Program-made: the position numbers and the translations under genes
Shown here: piece by piece, positions 37,925 to 50,673 of the stretch
Position numbering within the stretch: the first letter of the stretch is position 1
How the letters are laid out: every line of letters starts with the position of its first letter
Notes under the pieces: generated by a model
Database searches by the model: none
What the model was told of the DNA's origin: nothing
Seen by the model: the letters and a program-made list of their open reading frames with translations, nothing else
From: Octopus bimaculoides
Lineage: Eukaryota
Direction of reading: 5' to 3'
Length of the DNA: 64,000 nucleotides
NCBI RefSeq assembly: GCF_001194135.2
Contig: NC_068982.1
Coordinates: 77,132,529 to 77,196,528, forward strand

Positions 37925-39260
37925 TATATTAGGTTGTCTAGGAAGGGATCAAACCTGATGACTGATGTAGCAACATTATAATCAACTGCTACAAAGTGAA
38001 GGGGGATGCCTTAGACAGAAGTAATTTACAGAGATATTAAAATGCTGTACCAGGTCATAAAAGTTATAGAAAGGGTCATAGCTCAACTAATTAAAAAGAG
38101 GGTTAGTCTAGATGAGATGTAGTTCAGTTTTGAGCCTGGAAGAAGCACAACTGATGTTATCTTCCTGTAAGGCTGATATGTTAGTCAGCAGAAGCATTTA
38201 GTCAAAAATAAACTACTGTACTTGGTTATTGTCAAAACAGAGAAAGCTTTTGATAAGATCCCTCATTCCACCATCTGGTAGTCAATGCAGAAGCTAGGGG
38301 TAGATGAGTAGTTATAGCAACAAATTTATTGTGCAGGTAGGAGTTCACCAAGGATTGGTTCTCAACCCCATCTTGTTTCACATAGTTGTCCAAGCCATAA
38401 TAGATAAATTTATTACTTGTTGCCTATAGGAGCTCTCCTATGCCAATGACCTTGTTCTTATACTTGAATCTCTAGTAAAATTAGAGAAGAAATTTCACAT
38501 GTGGAAGCAAGGACTAGAATCAAGAGTTAATTTAACAAAGACCAAAGTACTAGCAAGCAGGAAAGCAAACAACTTGCTTATCCCTTCAGTGAAATGGCCC
38601 TGCTCAATATGTAGAAAATGTGTAGATAGGAATTCCATGTGGTGTATCAAGTCAAAGCTATAGTAACCTAAGAGGTACAATGGAATTACAGATGTGCAGG
38701 TACACTAAATACTAAGAACACACAGGAAATAAATTTCCCCAAATATCTGGTGGGATATCCTTTTCTGTTACTTAGGTGATCAAATTAGCAGTGGAAGAGG
38801 ATGCTCTATAAGCTTAGTTGCTAGAATAAGAACTGGCTGGGCAAAGTTCAGAGAGCTATTACTTATGTTGGTAACAAAAGAACTCTCTCACAGAGTGAAA
38901 GGCAGATTGCATGATGCTTGTGTATGGCCAGTTATGTTATATGGTAGTGAAACATGGCTGCAACTGAAGAGGAGATGTGAAGGTTTGAAAAAAATGAATC
39001 TGGCATTCTCTGCTGGATGAGCAATGTCAGTGTGCATATGACAAAGAGTAAATGTGTTGAGAGGAAAATTGGGTATAAGAGGTATCAGATGTAGTGTGTA
39101 AGAGAGAAGACTGTGCTGGTATGACCATGTAAAGTGTATGGATGAAAACAGCTGAATAAAGAAGTGCCAGTCTCTAATTGTGGAGAGAACCTGAAGAAGA
39201 GGAAGACCCAAGAAGATGTGAGACAAAGTGAAAAATGATCTTCAGGTGTTGAGGTTCACA
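37925..39260 (+). mobile_element. RTE-clade LINE fragment, decayed (same family as 23861-24830)
   Basis: EKAFDKIP, LYANDL, PCSICRK, GWAKFRELL and LYGSETW remnants. Confidence 0.8.
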
Positions 39261-40257
39261 TAGATATGTCCTTTATGTCCATGACCCCTCTTGCACACAA
39301 TCTGTCCCTGACAAACGTCTCTCCCACATCCCATCTTCCCAATGTGACTCTTTTCCCCACCCGTGCTTACCACCCACTATATTCTCCTCCCTTTATCTCC
39401 TACTCTCCCACACAATATGTTTCTGTCAAACCTCTTCTCCACAACATATCCTTCTAATACTCTGCCCCACCAACTTGTTCCCCCTTCCATCTCTCATTCT
39501 CCTTTTGCAATCTCGCAAACTTACCTACCCACTACTCTCTCCATTCCTCAGTCCACTTCACTATATATACCTCCCTGTATCTTGGATGTACACCCAGTCA
39601 CATTTTCACCATCTTATCTCTTTCCTCTCTCTCTCTTCACTCTCTCTCCACCTGAGATAGCCATATTTCTCCCTTACTGCAAGACACCTATTTCTGTCCG
39701 TCAGAGAGTTAATTGCCTTTTCCATGAGTAATGTCATTTGAACCACGGCTCTTTTGATCTAAATCCAATGTTCTTTTAATTTAGTGGTTGGAGCTTTGAA
39801 GTATCAAAAATCAAGTGAATTGTAGTGTAAGGGACACAACTCGTGTATCGTTTTATTTGACTTGCTTCAAAAGCAAGGATTACTTTAGACGTTTAAGAAG
39901 ACATCAGTGATGTCAGTAAGAATAATACTTCTCAGAGATGAATAATAACATTATCTTCATTACATAAGATAAAGAATAAAAAAGTTCCAGGTTGTCAAGT
40001 GACTAATTAACATAATTTATCTTACCATAAATAAAATGATGATTAGACATGGAATTTTAAAGAATTTTAACAATTGCATTATAGTTATCATTGCTGTACA
40101 TAGCAGTAACAGTATTCATCTGTAAAAAAACTTAAGAATAAAAAAAATTAGAGGATCTTTGTTACAAAGGTATTGGAATTTGCTCATGTTGAAAAGGAGA
40201 TTGTGTCAAGATAAACCTTAAAGCATTATCTTAATGTAGAGTGGATTAATTATTATA

Positions 40258-40465
40258 TACTCTTTTACTCTTTTACTTATTTCAGTCATTTGACTGTGGC
40301 CATGCTGGAGCACCACCTTTTAGTCGAGCAAATCGACCCCAGGACTTATTCTTTGTAAGCCTAGTACTTATTCTATCGGTCTGTTTTGCCGAACCGCTAA
40401 GTTACGGGGACGTAAACACAACAGCATCGGTTGTCAAGCGATGTTGGGGGGGGGACACAAACACA

Positions 40466-40553
<88 letters not shown>

Positions 40554-40697
40554 CGATGGGCTTCTTTCAGTTTCCGTCTTCCAAATCCACTCACAAGGCT
40601 ATAGTAGAAGACACTTGCCCAAGTTGCCACTTAGTGGGACTAAACCCGGAACCATGTGGTTCGTAAGCAAGCTACTTACCACACAGCCACTCCTACG
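40258..40697 (-). mobile_element. SINE family A, full copy with internal (CA)n
   Basis: Reverse complement of the 36123-36513 type. Confidence 0.8.
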
Positions 40698-40726
40698 CCT
40701 ATATAGACTAAATGTTTGAAATAATA

Positions 40727-40773
<47 letters not shown>

Positions 40774-40782
40774 AATAATAAT

Positions 40783-41335
40783 AGCCCTGAAGCAATACCA
40801 GGCAGTGGCTCTCATTGCTTCTGATCTTAAGTGATTGGAACTGTTATCATGTACTTGTTTTGTCTTGCTATAAAAGATGGGCTACAACAAATATTCTGTT
40901 CAATACCCCAGATTTGATTGTCAGTTGCTTGACCTTAATCAGTTGAGCATGTCCCTTAATGGTTGACGATATGTACATCTCTGATCATGAGCAGAAGTAG
41001 TGGCGGGAGCATCATAGATGTATGTTGAGGGGAATTCTTTAGGGTTTGAATAATTCACTTCTGCAAACATGGATGTTTCATTCAACATCCTTAAACAATC
41101 CTTATTCAGGGACCTTTTGAGTGGGGTGGCTACAACCTGAAGAAAATTCTAACTGGGCCCCACCTGCAAGGTCATGCGCTGTTTATCTTGATATGAGATT
41201 ACCATGTCGCGCACATATGTTGTGATGCATGTGCCTGGTGTACCTTATCAGACATGTAGTCATGATGGGCATATTGGGCTTCATATATTTGTACCCTAGT
41301 GTCACTTTGATGACATGCATTGCTCTCTCACTCAA
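40783..41335 (+). mobile_element. Family C repeat, full length
   Basis: gccctgaagcaataccaggcag ... ctctctcactc(AAT)n. Confidence 0.8.
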
Positions 41336-41361
41336 TAATGATAATAATAATAATAATAATA

Positions 41362-41408
<47 letters not shown>

Positions 41409-41568
41409 AATAACAATAACAGTAACAACAACAACAACGACGACAACAACAACAACAACAACAACAACANNNNNNNNNNNNNNNNNNNNNNNNNNNNNNN
41501 NNNNNNNNNNNNNNNNNNNNNNNNNNNNNNNNNNNNNNNNNNNNNNNNNNNNNNNNNNNNNNNNCAAC

Positions 41569-41626
<58 letters not shown>

Positions 41627-41631
41627 AATAA

Positions 41632-42075
41632 TAGATCATGGCAAAAAGCCAGAAGATCAGAAGATTTGTGAACAGAAATAAGCAGTTCAAGGAGAACGGA
41701 CTGTTCAAGAATAACCTCAAGCAATTCTTCCGAATGTCAGAAGGAGACAATCAGAAAAGTGTTGCTCCTGATGCAAATCAAGCCAAGGAGTTCTGGAGTG
41801 GATTATGGGGAAACAATGTGGTGCACAAAAGGGATGCAATGTGATTAGAAACAATCCAGACAGAATTACAAGGAGGAAAGAAACAAAGGAATATTGTCAT
41901 AAGCACAGGTGATGTGAAAGAACAAGTGGGTAAAGTGCCTAAATGGAAAGCCCCCGGATCAGATGGGATTCATGGCTTCTGGCTGAAGAGATGCCACACA
42001 GTGCATGAAAGACTAGCAGCCCAATTGAATGAGTGTGTCCAGAAAGGTACAGTCCCTGCATGGATGGTGACTGCC
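41632..42075 (+). mobile_element. R4/Dong-like ORF remnant (RT domain 0)
   Basis: AKEFWSGLW...VPKWKAPGSDGIHGFWLKRCHTVHERLAAQLNEC. Confidence 0.8.
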
Positions 42076-42429
42076 TTAACAATAACAATAATGATGATGA
42101 TGACGACAATGACAATGCTGGTCATTTCCAATGACTTCGATGTATGAGTGTTTGAAGGAAAGGATTAAATAAAAAAGAAGCTGCATCTATTTGCGATGCA
42201 TATGTGAATGCGATTTGAGTCCTGGTATGGATTTTGCTATGAAGTCACAATGGGGACAATGATGATTTTGATTTTGCCTGGAATTGGACAAATGTGTCCA
42301 TTGATTACAGAATAAAGTTATTTTATTGTTCTGTTTGATCAACTCAAATTACTTAGTTGCATTATGACACATTTTACACCACTTAGATTGATCTAGGCAA
42401 CAACTTTCCTATGATATTAAATTAAGCTG

Positions 42430-42790
42430 TAGAGATTTTAGTAATTGTTTCAACTGATCCTTACACCTAAGGAGGGGATCTTCCTTTATTGTAGAATCCT
42501 TCTTGTTGGCTATACTAAAGAATTTTCAGAATGCAGTTATCTTGTTTTTGAACAACACGTCCTACCCATCTGCACTGAATTCTCAATGGCATACTTTCAA
42601 TACTGGAGATTTCATGTTTTTCCAAATTTTTACATTTGATATCTTATCTTGCCTTCTTATGCTGCAGATATTGTGCAGACAGTGCTTGTGAAATGTTTCA
42701 AGTTTCTTTATGTCTGTAACAGGGAGTCCATGCTTCTGCCCCATACAAAAGTGTATTCAAAACACAAGATAAACTTATTGTATACAATGC
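42430..42790 (-). mobile_element. RTE (BovB-like) 3' ORF remnant
   Basis: VLNTLLYGAEAWT...SIES...CRWVGRV remnants. Confidence 0.6.
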
Positions 42791-42799
42791 TTAGGTACA

Positions 42800-43090
42800 C
42801 TACTTGTTAGAAAATCCTAATAGAGGGGACAGAAAGCAGACATATAAGTCAAATAAAGAAAGACAGCAGTGAAAGCTAGGAAGTACATGCACAGTATACA
42901 GAACAAAACATAAAAAGTCTGAAAAGTGAATATTAACAGAGCGATAAAAAGGAAACAGTATGTAGGCACATGAGGAGTACTGTTGGAGAATTTTCGGAAG
43001 CAGGGATTAATTTTTGAAGGATGTTGTGTCATGACAGCTAACAATCAATGCAGGAATTTTATTCCATGTTTTGACAGTTCTGGTTTGTCA
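42800..43090 (-). mobile_element. CR1/L2-type LINE 3' end
   Basis: RTVKTWNKIPA...SFK-like C-terminus plus UTR; homologous to 44870-45165. Confidence 0.5.
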
Positions 43091-43300
43091 TTTGTTATCC
43101 TTCTCCATTTTAATTCTCTGTTTATAATTCTTATATTTAGTAATCAAAATTTCTCAATTGCTCCCCTCTGAACAATCACTTTGTAAGTGTTGAGAACTTT
43201 TAGCTTTCGAAAGTCTAGTTTTAGTCTGAATATCAAAATTACAATTTATCCAGAGCTAAAAGAAAAGAAGGTGGGAATTTAGAGTTATAAAAAAGAACTA

Positions 43301-43498
43301 TTGTATTTGATGGGATAAAAGATTACAGGCATATTAGATGCACAGGCAGTTTCAACCGCATATATCTAAAAAAAAAAAAAAAAAAGATCTTAATGATTTA
43401 AAGCTTATGGAAGGCCCAATTTTGCATGTAGGATCTGTGATGTTTTTTAAGACATTTCTTTGGGAAAAAAAGTGCGTCTTATATCTCATCAAATACAG
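43301..43498. mobile_element. pogo/Tc-type MITE
   Basis: TA-flanked imperfect TIRs TTGTATTTGATGGGATAAAAGA / TCTTATATCTCATCAAATACAG; sister copy at 45665-45855. Confidence 0.55.
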
Positions 43499-44154
43499 TA
43501 ACAGAATTTGAGTTTGGGATGTTATAACTCCACAGGGAATTAAGCACACTTTAGTTTTTGTAAAAGCATGTCTCTTGTAGTAGATACTACTATGTTTACA
43601 GTCATCCTAGCAGTGTAACTCAGTGGGGATAGTCTGAACTCAGCAACCTTAGAAGACAGCTAGAATTGGAAGTTAACTCCAATCATAAAACCCTCACTGC
43701 CTGTCAGTGGCTTCCGACACGAAGGCTAAGGGAGACAACCCCGAAGGTAAATTAGATCAGAAGAGAACTCATGGCTTACTGACCTTATTCATCATAAAAC
43801 CGAGTTTGGAAACACAACTAATAGATGATGATGATGATGATGGTGGTGGTGGCGGCGGTGGTGATGGTGATGTCTAGGAGTCCCAACCCACAGCAATGAG
43901 GTTAGTGATATTTATTAATTCATAAATGAACTATACCTGTTATTTCATAACAGCATTTTCCTAATTAACTCAAAAAGCTATATATTGGTAAAGAAGTAAG
44001 TATCTTAATGACTTAAACATATTTAATTTTTCTGAAGTAGACCTGGAGTAGAGAGGACATATCCTTTTGTCAAATTCTTTTCATCCCAATCAAATAATCA
44101 ATTAGTCATTTAGTTAAATGGTTAACCAACTACCTAATAACAATTAAAAAAATG

Positions 44155-44390
44155 TGGAGAAACATGACTTAGTGGTTGGGGTGATGGACTCATGATAGTA
44201 AGATTGTGGTTTTGATTCCCAGACCAGGCATTGTATTCTTGAGCAAAATACTTCATTTCACATTGCTCCAGTCCATTCAGCTGGTAAAAATGAGTGATCC
44301 TGCGACAGCCTGGTGTCCCATCCCGGTGAGGAATATATACGCTGCAGAAACCAGGAAACTGGCCCTATGAGTTTATATGACTCAAGAAGG
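44155..44390 (+). mobile_element. tRNA-derived SINE family E
   Basis: TGACTTAGTGGTT head, GTTTTGATTCCC, CTTGAGCAAAATACTT; related copies at 280-412, 1720-1855, 51891-52112 and 57705-57890. Confidence 0.65.
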
Positions 44391-44869
44391 ATCTTCATCT
44401 TTTTTTTTTCATCTAATAATATATAAAATAAAGAAAAAATGAAGTGAAAAAGAAGCAGTGTATGTGTTTATTATTGGCAAAATGACTCTCCCAGGATACA
44501 ACAAAATATAATTAAAGATATATCATTTAATTTAGAGTATTTTGTAGTAAGGTAGAGTGGCAGTAATAGTGGAATTGTGAAGCAGTAATTAAGAGAGCTG
44601 ATGGAGGCTCATAGTAATGGAGTAATGGCAGAAAGTTAGCAATTTTTGGGAAAGCAAGTAAGTCAGTTACATCGACCTCCCAGTACACAGCTGGTACTTA
44701 TTTTATCAACTCTTTCAGGATGAACAGCAAAGTTGACTTCAGCGGAATTTAAATTCAGAACATAAGGACAGACAAAATGCTGCTTAGCATTTTGCCCAGC
44801 ATGCTAATGATTCTGCCAACTTGCCGCCTTATGTTGAAGGTTAATAATAATAAGTATACATTACCCAGG

Positions 44870-45165
44870 TGTGCTACAACTCATCAGAAAAGGGTAAAAG
44901 AGGGGACAGAAAACAACAATAAATCAAGTATAAAAAAGATATGCAATGATAACCCAAAGTACATGCACTGTACACAGAATAAAGCATAAAAAGACAGAAA
45001 TATGAACAATTAAAAGAATCATAAAAAGAGAAGGGCGCATAGACATGTCAAGAGTAGTGTTGGTGAATTTCAGGAAGCATTGAATTTTTGAAGCATGCAG
45101 TGTCCTGATAGCTAACAACTGATGTGGGTAGTTTATTCCATGTTTTAACACTTCTGGGTGTGAAA
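44870..45165 (-). mobile_element. CR1/L2-type LINE 3' end, second copy
   Basis: PRSVKTWNKLPTSVVSYQDTACFK. Confidence 0.5.
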
Positions 45166-45265
45166 AAAATGTCTCTGAAAGAGAGATTCAAGAACTAATA
45201 TTTAGAAAATAATAATTTTTATCCTTTTGCTCCTAATACCAACCTTGTAATTGATTGAATTTTAA

Positions 45266-45485
45266 CCTTTTAGCATTCAGATTATTCTGACAAATGTAAT
45301 GCTTATTTATACACATTATCTTAAATTTACCGTCCATTATCTTGTAGCTTTGGGATTTCAATAATGTGAATGTTTATTTTTAGAATGACATTGCAGGGCA
45401 GGTGTGAGAGGCCTGATCTACATAGATTGAACATAAAACAGATAGAATATTTGGTCCTGATATGGCTTGTTTGAATACTAAAGGG
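45266..45485. mobile_element. piggyBac-type MITE, 220 bp
   Basis: TTAA|CCTTTTAGCATTCAGA ... TTTGAATACTAAAGGG|TTAA. Confidence 0.7.
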
Positions 45486-45664
45486 TTAATTTATGGACAT
45501 ACTTATTAAGCCAATAACTTCTTTCTTCATTATGGGTGTGATTTCAATTAATTATAATTCCTTAATTCATTACATTAAATATTTTTTTAAACTCCACAAA
45601 TTATTTAATCCAGTAATTTCTGTTATCTTTAGTAACCATGAATTTTGAATAATAATTTAATAAA

Positions 45665-45855
45665 CATATATTTGATGGCATTAAAAATGCACAGCCATAT
45701 CAGATGCATCTAAATGTCAGCAGTGCAAAATCAGGAAAAAGTTTGTAGTGCATAAAAGCTTATGGGAAGCCCAGCTTTGTATATAGAAGCTAGGGTGACC
45801 TTTTGAGACATAGTTTTTGGAAAAAAAAATGCATCTTGTATGCCATCAAATATGG
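45665..45855. mobile_element. pogo/Tc-type MITE, second copy
   Basis: ATATTTGATGGCAT / ATGCCATCAAATAT TIRs; internal similarity to 43301-43498. Confidence 0.55.
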
Positions 45856-46202
45856 AAATTCCAGTAATTAAGTAAACCATAATGATACACTAATCTCTAA
45901 ATAATAATAACCAATATATATATAAATGCTGGCCAAAGGCAGTGAGTTGGCAGAAATGTTGGCACTCAAGGCAAAATGCTTAGCAGTATTTCATCTGTTT
46001 TCATGTTCTGAGTTCACATTCTGCCAAGGTTGACTTTGCCTTTGATCCTTTTAGGATCAATAAAATAAGCACTGATTGAGCCCTGGGGTTGATGTAATTA
46101 ACTTATCCTCTGACCCAAAATTGCTGGCTTTGTGCCAAAATTTGAAATCAATATAAATGCTAGTTGGTTGGTTGATATCTCCAGTCACTTTTTATACTTT
46201 AC

Positions 46203-46253
<51 letters not shown>

Positions 46254-47751
46254 GTGTAAAAGTGTGATAAAGAAAGAATTAAAGAGGTGCAGAATGAGTG
46301 ATTTATAACTTTCTGAAAAATACACATTTTGGATGAAATTTTGTTCGACTAAAATTCTTCAAGGCAGTGCTTCAGCATAACCGCAGCCAAATGACTAAAG
46401 CAAGTAGCAGATAAAACGAAACTGCTTTAGTAGGATTTGATCTTAAAAACTAAAGAATCAGAACAGATGTTGCTTGGATTTTTCTCGATGTTTCAACGAT
46501 TTCACTAATCGATTGATGCCGTTTTTTTTCTATTCAAGGGAAGTTATTCAACATTGAGTTGCTTCCCTTGCAACATAAACCGAATAAAATTCCTATTGTA
46601 TTTCTATTTCAACACACGATTTCACATTAGGAATTTTGCAAAACATTTATTAACGTAAGAAATAAAATTCATCCATTTCAAAAATATCTACAACACGAAT
46701 AATTGGAAAGATATGAAGAAATGATGCTAAGTTGAGTTGAATTTACGCCAGTGTATTACTGGTATTGAATTTATTGAGGAATAAATTTGAAGTCGAGTTT
46801 AGTAAGATTTGAATTGAAATACAAGAACGTCAAAATTAAATGTAAATCATTTAGTTCGGTGCCGTACTGCCTGTGGTATTGTTCTGATAATTCTGTCTTT
46901 ATTTTAAATTACAGCAATCAGCAACGTTTCAGCATTAGTACATGACGTTAGTCAGAGTGAGTGTGTCTGCAAGTGTGTGTTTGAGTGTTCAACTCCGATG
47001 AGTAAGTAGTTGAAAGCAAAGTCACACACTCATTCATGACGTCATAGGCTTTTGATGAAAGATTACCCATAAATGCCCATTTGACGACGTTTATCTTGAG
47101 TTTTCATTGAGTTCAGAGCATGAAATATAAATATACTATAGGACAAAATGCCGATCTATATATATTACAGGTTGCGTTTCCCGCTGGCAGACGACAACTC
47201 AACTTCAATTCTTGGCAGAGACGTTAGACAGTTGGATAGAATACTTCGCAGTATTTATTCTGATAATCTGCGCTCTGAGTTTAAATCCTACCAAGGTCAA
47301 CTTTGTTTTTTATCTTTTCAGGGTCGATTAAAAGGCACCAATCCAGGTAGATGGATTGATAGAATTGTGACAATATGGGACCAGATATCTAGATTTAAAT
47401 TCCTCTATGATCTATAGGGTCCCAGTTTAACAGTTTCAGTTTAACATTACCAACTGGTAACTTGGATGTCTTTAGTAGAGCTGACACTTTCAGGTTTAAG
47501 GATATCCTCCTCTAACCCACCATCTCGAAGGCCCTGTAAACGAGAGATGGGTAAGCCTTTCCCGTCATTGACCCCTTCATGGATTCGTTGATAACTTATC
47601 CACCCTACCACCATGGGCATTTCTAAAATAAAATTAAAAAGTATAATCATAAATTTTTTTTTGTTTCAACAAACATAAACTCATTCATTGTTTTGTGTCA
47701 TTATTTCTTTTGAATAAGAAATGTTGAGAGAAATTTTACGAAAATGCATAA

Positions 47752-48122
47752 TAGGCTGTGTAATAGGAAGTTTGCTTCCCAACCACATGGTTCCGGGTTC
47801 AATTATTCCAATGTATGGCACCTTGGGCAAGTATCTTCTACTATAGCCTCGGGCCGACATGAGCCATGTGAGTGGATTTGGTAGATGGAAACTGAAAGAA
47901 GCTCGTTGTGTGCGTGTGTGTGTGTGTGTGTTACCACCGCTTGACAACCGGTGCTGGTGTGTTTATGTCCTCCGTAAATTAGCGGTTCGGCAAAGGAGTT
48001 CGATAGAATAAGTATTAGGCTTAGAAAAAAGAGAGTAAGTACTGGGGTTGATTCATTCGACAAAAATTCCTCAAGGTAGTGCCTAGGATGGCCGTAGCCT
48101 AATGACTGGAACAAGTAAGAGG
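47752..48122 (+). mobile_element. SINE family A copy
   Basis: Same head, core and tail as 36123-36513. Confidence 0.75.
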
Positions 48123-49604
48123 TAACAATAAAAATTCAGTCCTTTTATTATATCAATATAATCGGATGATTTAATGTGAAATAAGTATTTGGTGAATACT
48201 AGCTTTTGCATCGATATTTGATTGGAAATTAATGAGTTTTAACCTAAAGTTACCCACTCAGTAAATAATTCAGCACTGTTAATGCTCAGAATCGTTTCAA
48301 GTGTCTATCGATCCCTTGGATAGCCACTTAGCGCCACCCTATCCAATGGAGTCAATATTGATCACTTGGTTGACCCCTTTCTGTAAAGGGACATAGGCAC
48401 TACCTATCCTCCTGACAAAAAGATTAAAATAAAATGAAATTAAAAAACACACGAAATACTTACCGATATACGCAGTACTATCATCACAGGTTGCACTGGT
48501 ATATTACACCATCATCCCTCAGCTGTACTGAGCAAAATTAATGACAACATACACAATACAGTAAGCATACGAATACTAACTAAAATGATTATGTAGTGAA
48601 AAAAAGGCAAATATTAATAACTAACATCATTTTAACTATTCTAGCAAGTAAACGGTCACAGTTCCCGACATCTTTCGTTCTTATTAGACGTCTTAAGGGA
48701 ACTTGTAGACGTTACCACCCTTGCTGGAAGGTGTCTTGATCATAGACAGACATAGGCTCGGGAACATGGGGTACAGGAGACGCAAGCACACGCTCTAAAT
48801 CCCATACTTATGCAGACAGAACGTCGTGGTATCATTAATTCGGGAGTATGGCTAGACTCCACCAGATTGACTTTCCTTTGACACTTTCGGTGACAACCTA
48901 TCCAAACAACTCAACAAGGGCTACATAGGAAAACAGAGTGTTTTGTTTGTTTACACTATAAAGTAAAAAAGCCATCTTTAAGCTGCGGAGGAAAATGGTA
49001 AGATTACTAAGGAATATTGGCTTCAAATTTTGGCACAGTACTATCACAAGTTGCACTGGTATATTACTAGCCTCCTCCCCCAAGGCGAAGGAGGCTAGTC
49101 GATCAGTGCTCAATTGGTACTTATTTTATCGACTCCAAAAGAAGGAAAGGCAAAGTTGGAATTTGAACTCAGAACGTAAAGACTGACAGAATGCCGCAAA
49201 GCATTTTGCCCGATGTGCTTAATGATTCTGCCAGCTCACTGCCTAAGTTTACTAAGAAATATTCAACTGCGTTCTAACGGCGACTTGGAATGAGTTGTTA
49301 AAGAATCGGGCAGAATATTTTGCAGTATTTGTACCGATTCTCTGCGTCTGAGCTCAAATCTCATCCAGCTAAGAGAGAGAACTACACTAGCAATATTCAG
49401 TCGGCACTCATTTTTAGCTAAGTAAACTGGAGTAACATGATATGAAAAGCCTTGCTCAAACACTCAACGCGTCGCCCCATCCAGCAATTGAACCCACATT
49501 ATGATCGTGGGTTGAACAACCAAACCACTAGGCTGCACACCTTCACATTTACGCATCTCTCTCTCTCTATATATATATTTATATGTATGCATGTATGTAT
49601 CTCT

Positions 49605-49962
49605 CTTTTACTTGTTTCAGTCATTTGACTGCGGCCATGCTGGAGCACCGCCTTTAGTCGAGAAAATCGACCCCAGGACTTATTCTTTGTAAGCCTAGTA
49701 CTTATTATTTCGGTCTCTTTTTGCCGAACCGCTAAGTTACGGGGACGTAAACACACCAGCATCGGTTGTCAAGCGATGGTGGGGGACAAACACAGACACA
49801 CAAACACACACACACATATATATATATATACATATATACGACGGGCTTCTTTCAGTTTCCGTCTACCAAATCCACTCACAAGGCTTTGGTCGGCCCGAGG
49901 CTATAAGTAGAAGACACTTGCCCAAGGTGCCACGCAGTGGGACTGAACCCGGGACCATGTAT
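49605..49962 (-). mobile_element. SINE family A copy (head lost in gap)
   Basis: Reverse complement of family A, CpG-rich and young-looking. Confidence 0.8.
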
Positions 49963-50673
49963 ANNNNNNNNNNNNNNNNNNNNNNNNNNNNNNNNNNNNN
50001 NNNNNNNNNNNNNNNNNNNNNNNNNNNNNNNNNNNNNNNNNNNNNNNNNNNNNNNNNNNNNNNNNNNNNNNNNNNNNNNNNNNNNNNNNNNNNNNNNNNN
50101 NNNNNNNNNNNNNNNNNNNNNNNNNNNNNNNNNNNNNNNNNNNNNNNNNNNNNNNNNNNNNNNNNNNNNNNNNNNNNNNNNNNNNNNNNNNNNNNNNNNN
50201 NNNNNNNNNNNNNNNNNNNNNNNNNNNNNNNNNNNNNNNNNNNNNNNNNNNNNNNNNNNNNNNNNNNNNNNNNNNNNNNNNNNNNNNNNNNNNNNNNNNN
50301 NNNNNNNNNNNNNNNNNNNNNNNNNNNNNNNNNNNNNNNNNNNNNNNNNNNNNNNNNNNNNNNNNNNNNNNNNNNNNNNNNNNNNNNNNNNNNNNNNNNN
50401 NNNNNNNNNNNNNNNNNNNNNNNNNNNNNNNNNNNNNNNNNNNNNNNNNNNNNNNNNNNNNNNNNNNNNNNNNNNNNNNNNNNNNNNNNNNNNNNNNNNN
50501 NNNNNNNNNNNNNNNNNNNNNNNNNNNNNNNNNNNNNNNNNNNNNNNNNNNNNNNNNNNNNNNNNNNNNNNNNNNNNNNNNNNNNNNNNNNNNNNNNNNN
50601 NNNNNNNNNNNNNNNNNNNNNNNNNNNNNNNNNNNNNNNNNNNNNNNNNNNNNNNNNNNNNNNNNNNNNNNNA

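Noticed and set aside
41183-41750. Poly-I/L/Q/T/D, (CV)n, (HT)n and (RE)n ORFs
   Set aside because: Translations of microsatellites with no coding signal.
43690-43745. HDV-like ribozyme suggested by GG-[CTTC/GAAG hairpin]-GCTAA-GGGAGAC
   Set aside because: The P1, P2 and P3 5' partners could not be placed. The stretch looks more like an RTE-type 5' UTR remnant.
47940-47950. TTGACAACC shared between SINE family A and the Tx1-like junction motif
   Set aside because: Only 9 bp match and the flanks differ; not distinguishable from chance without genome-wide data.
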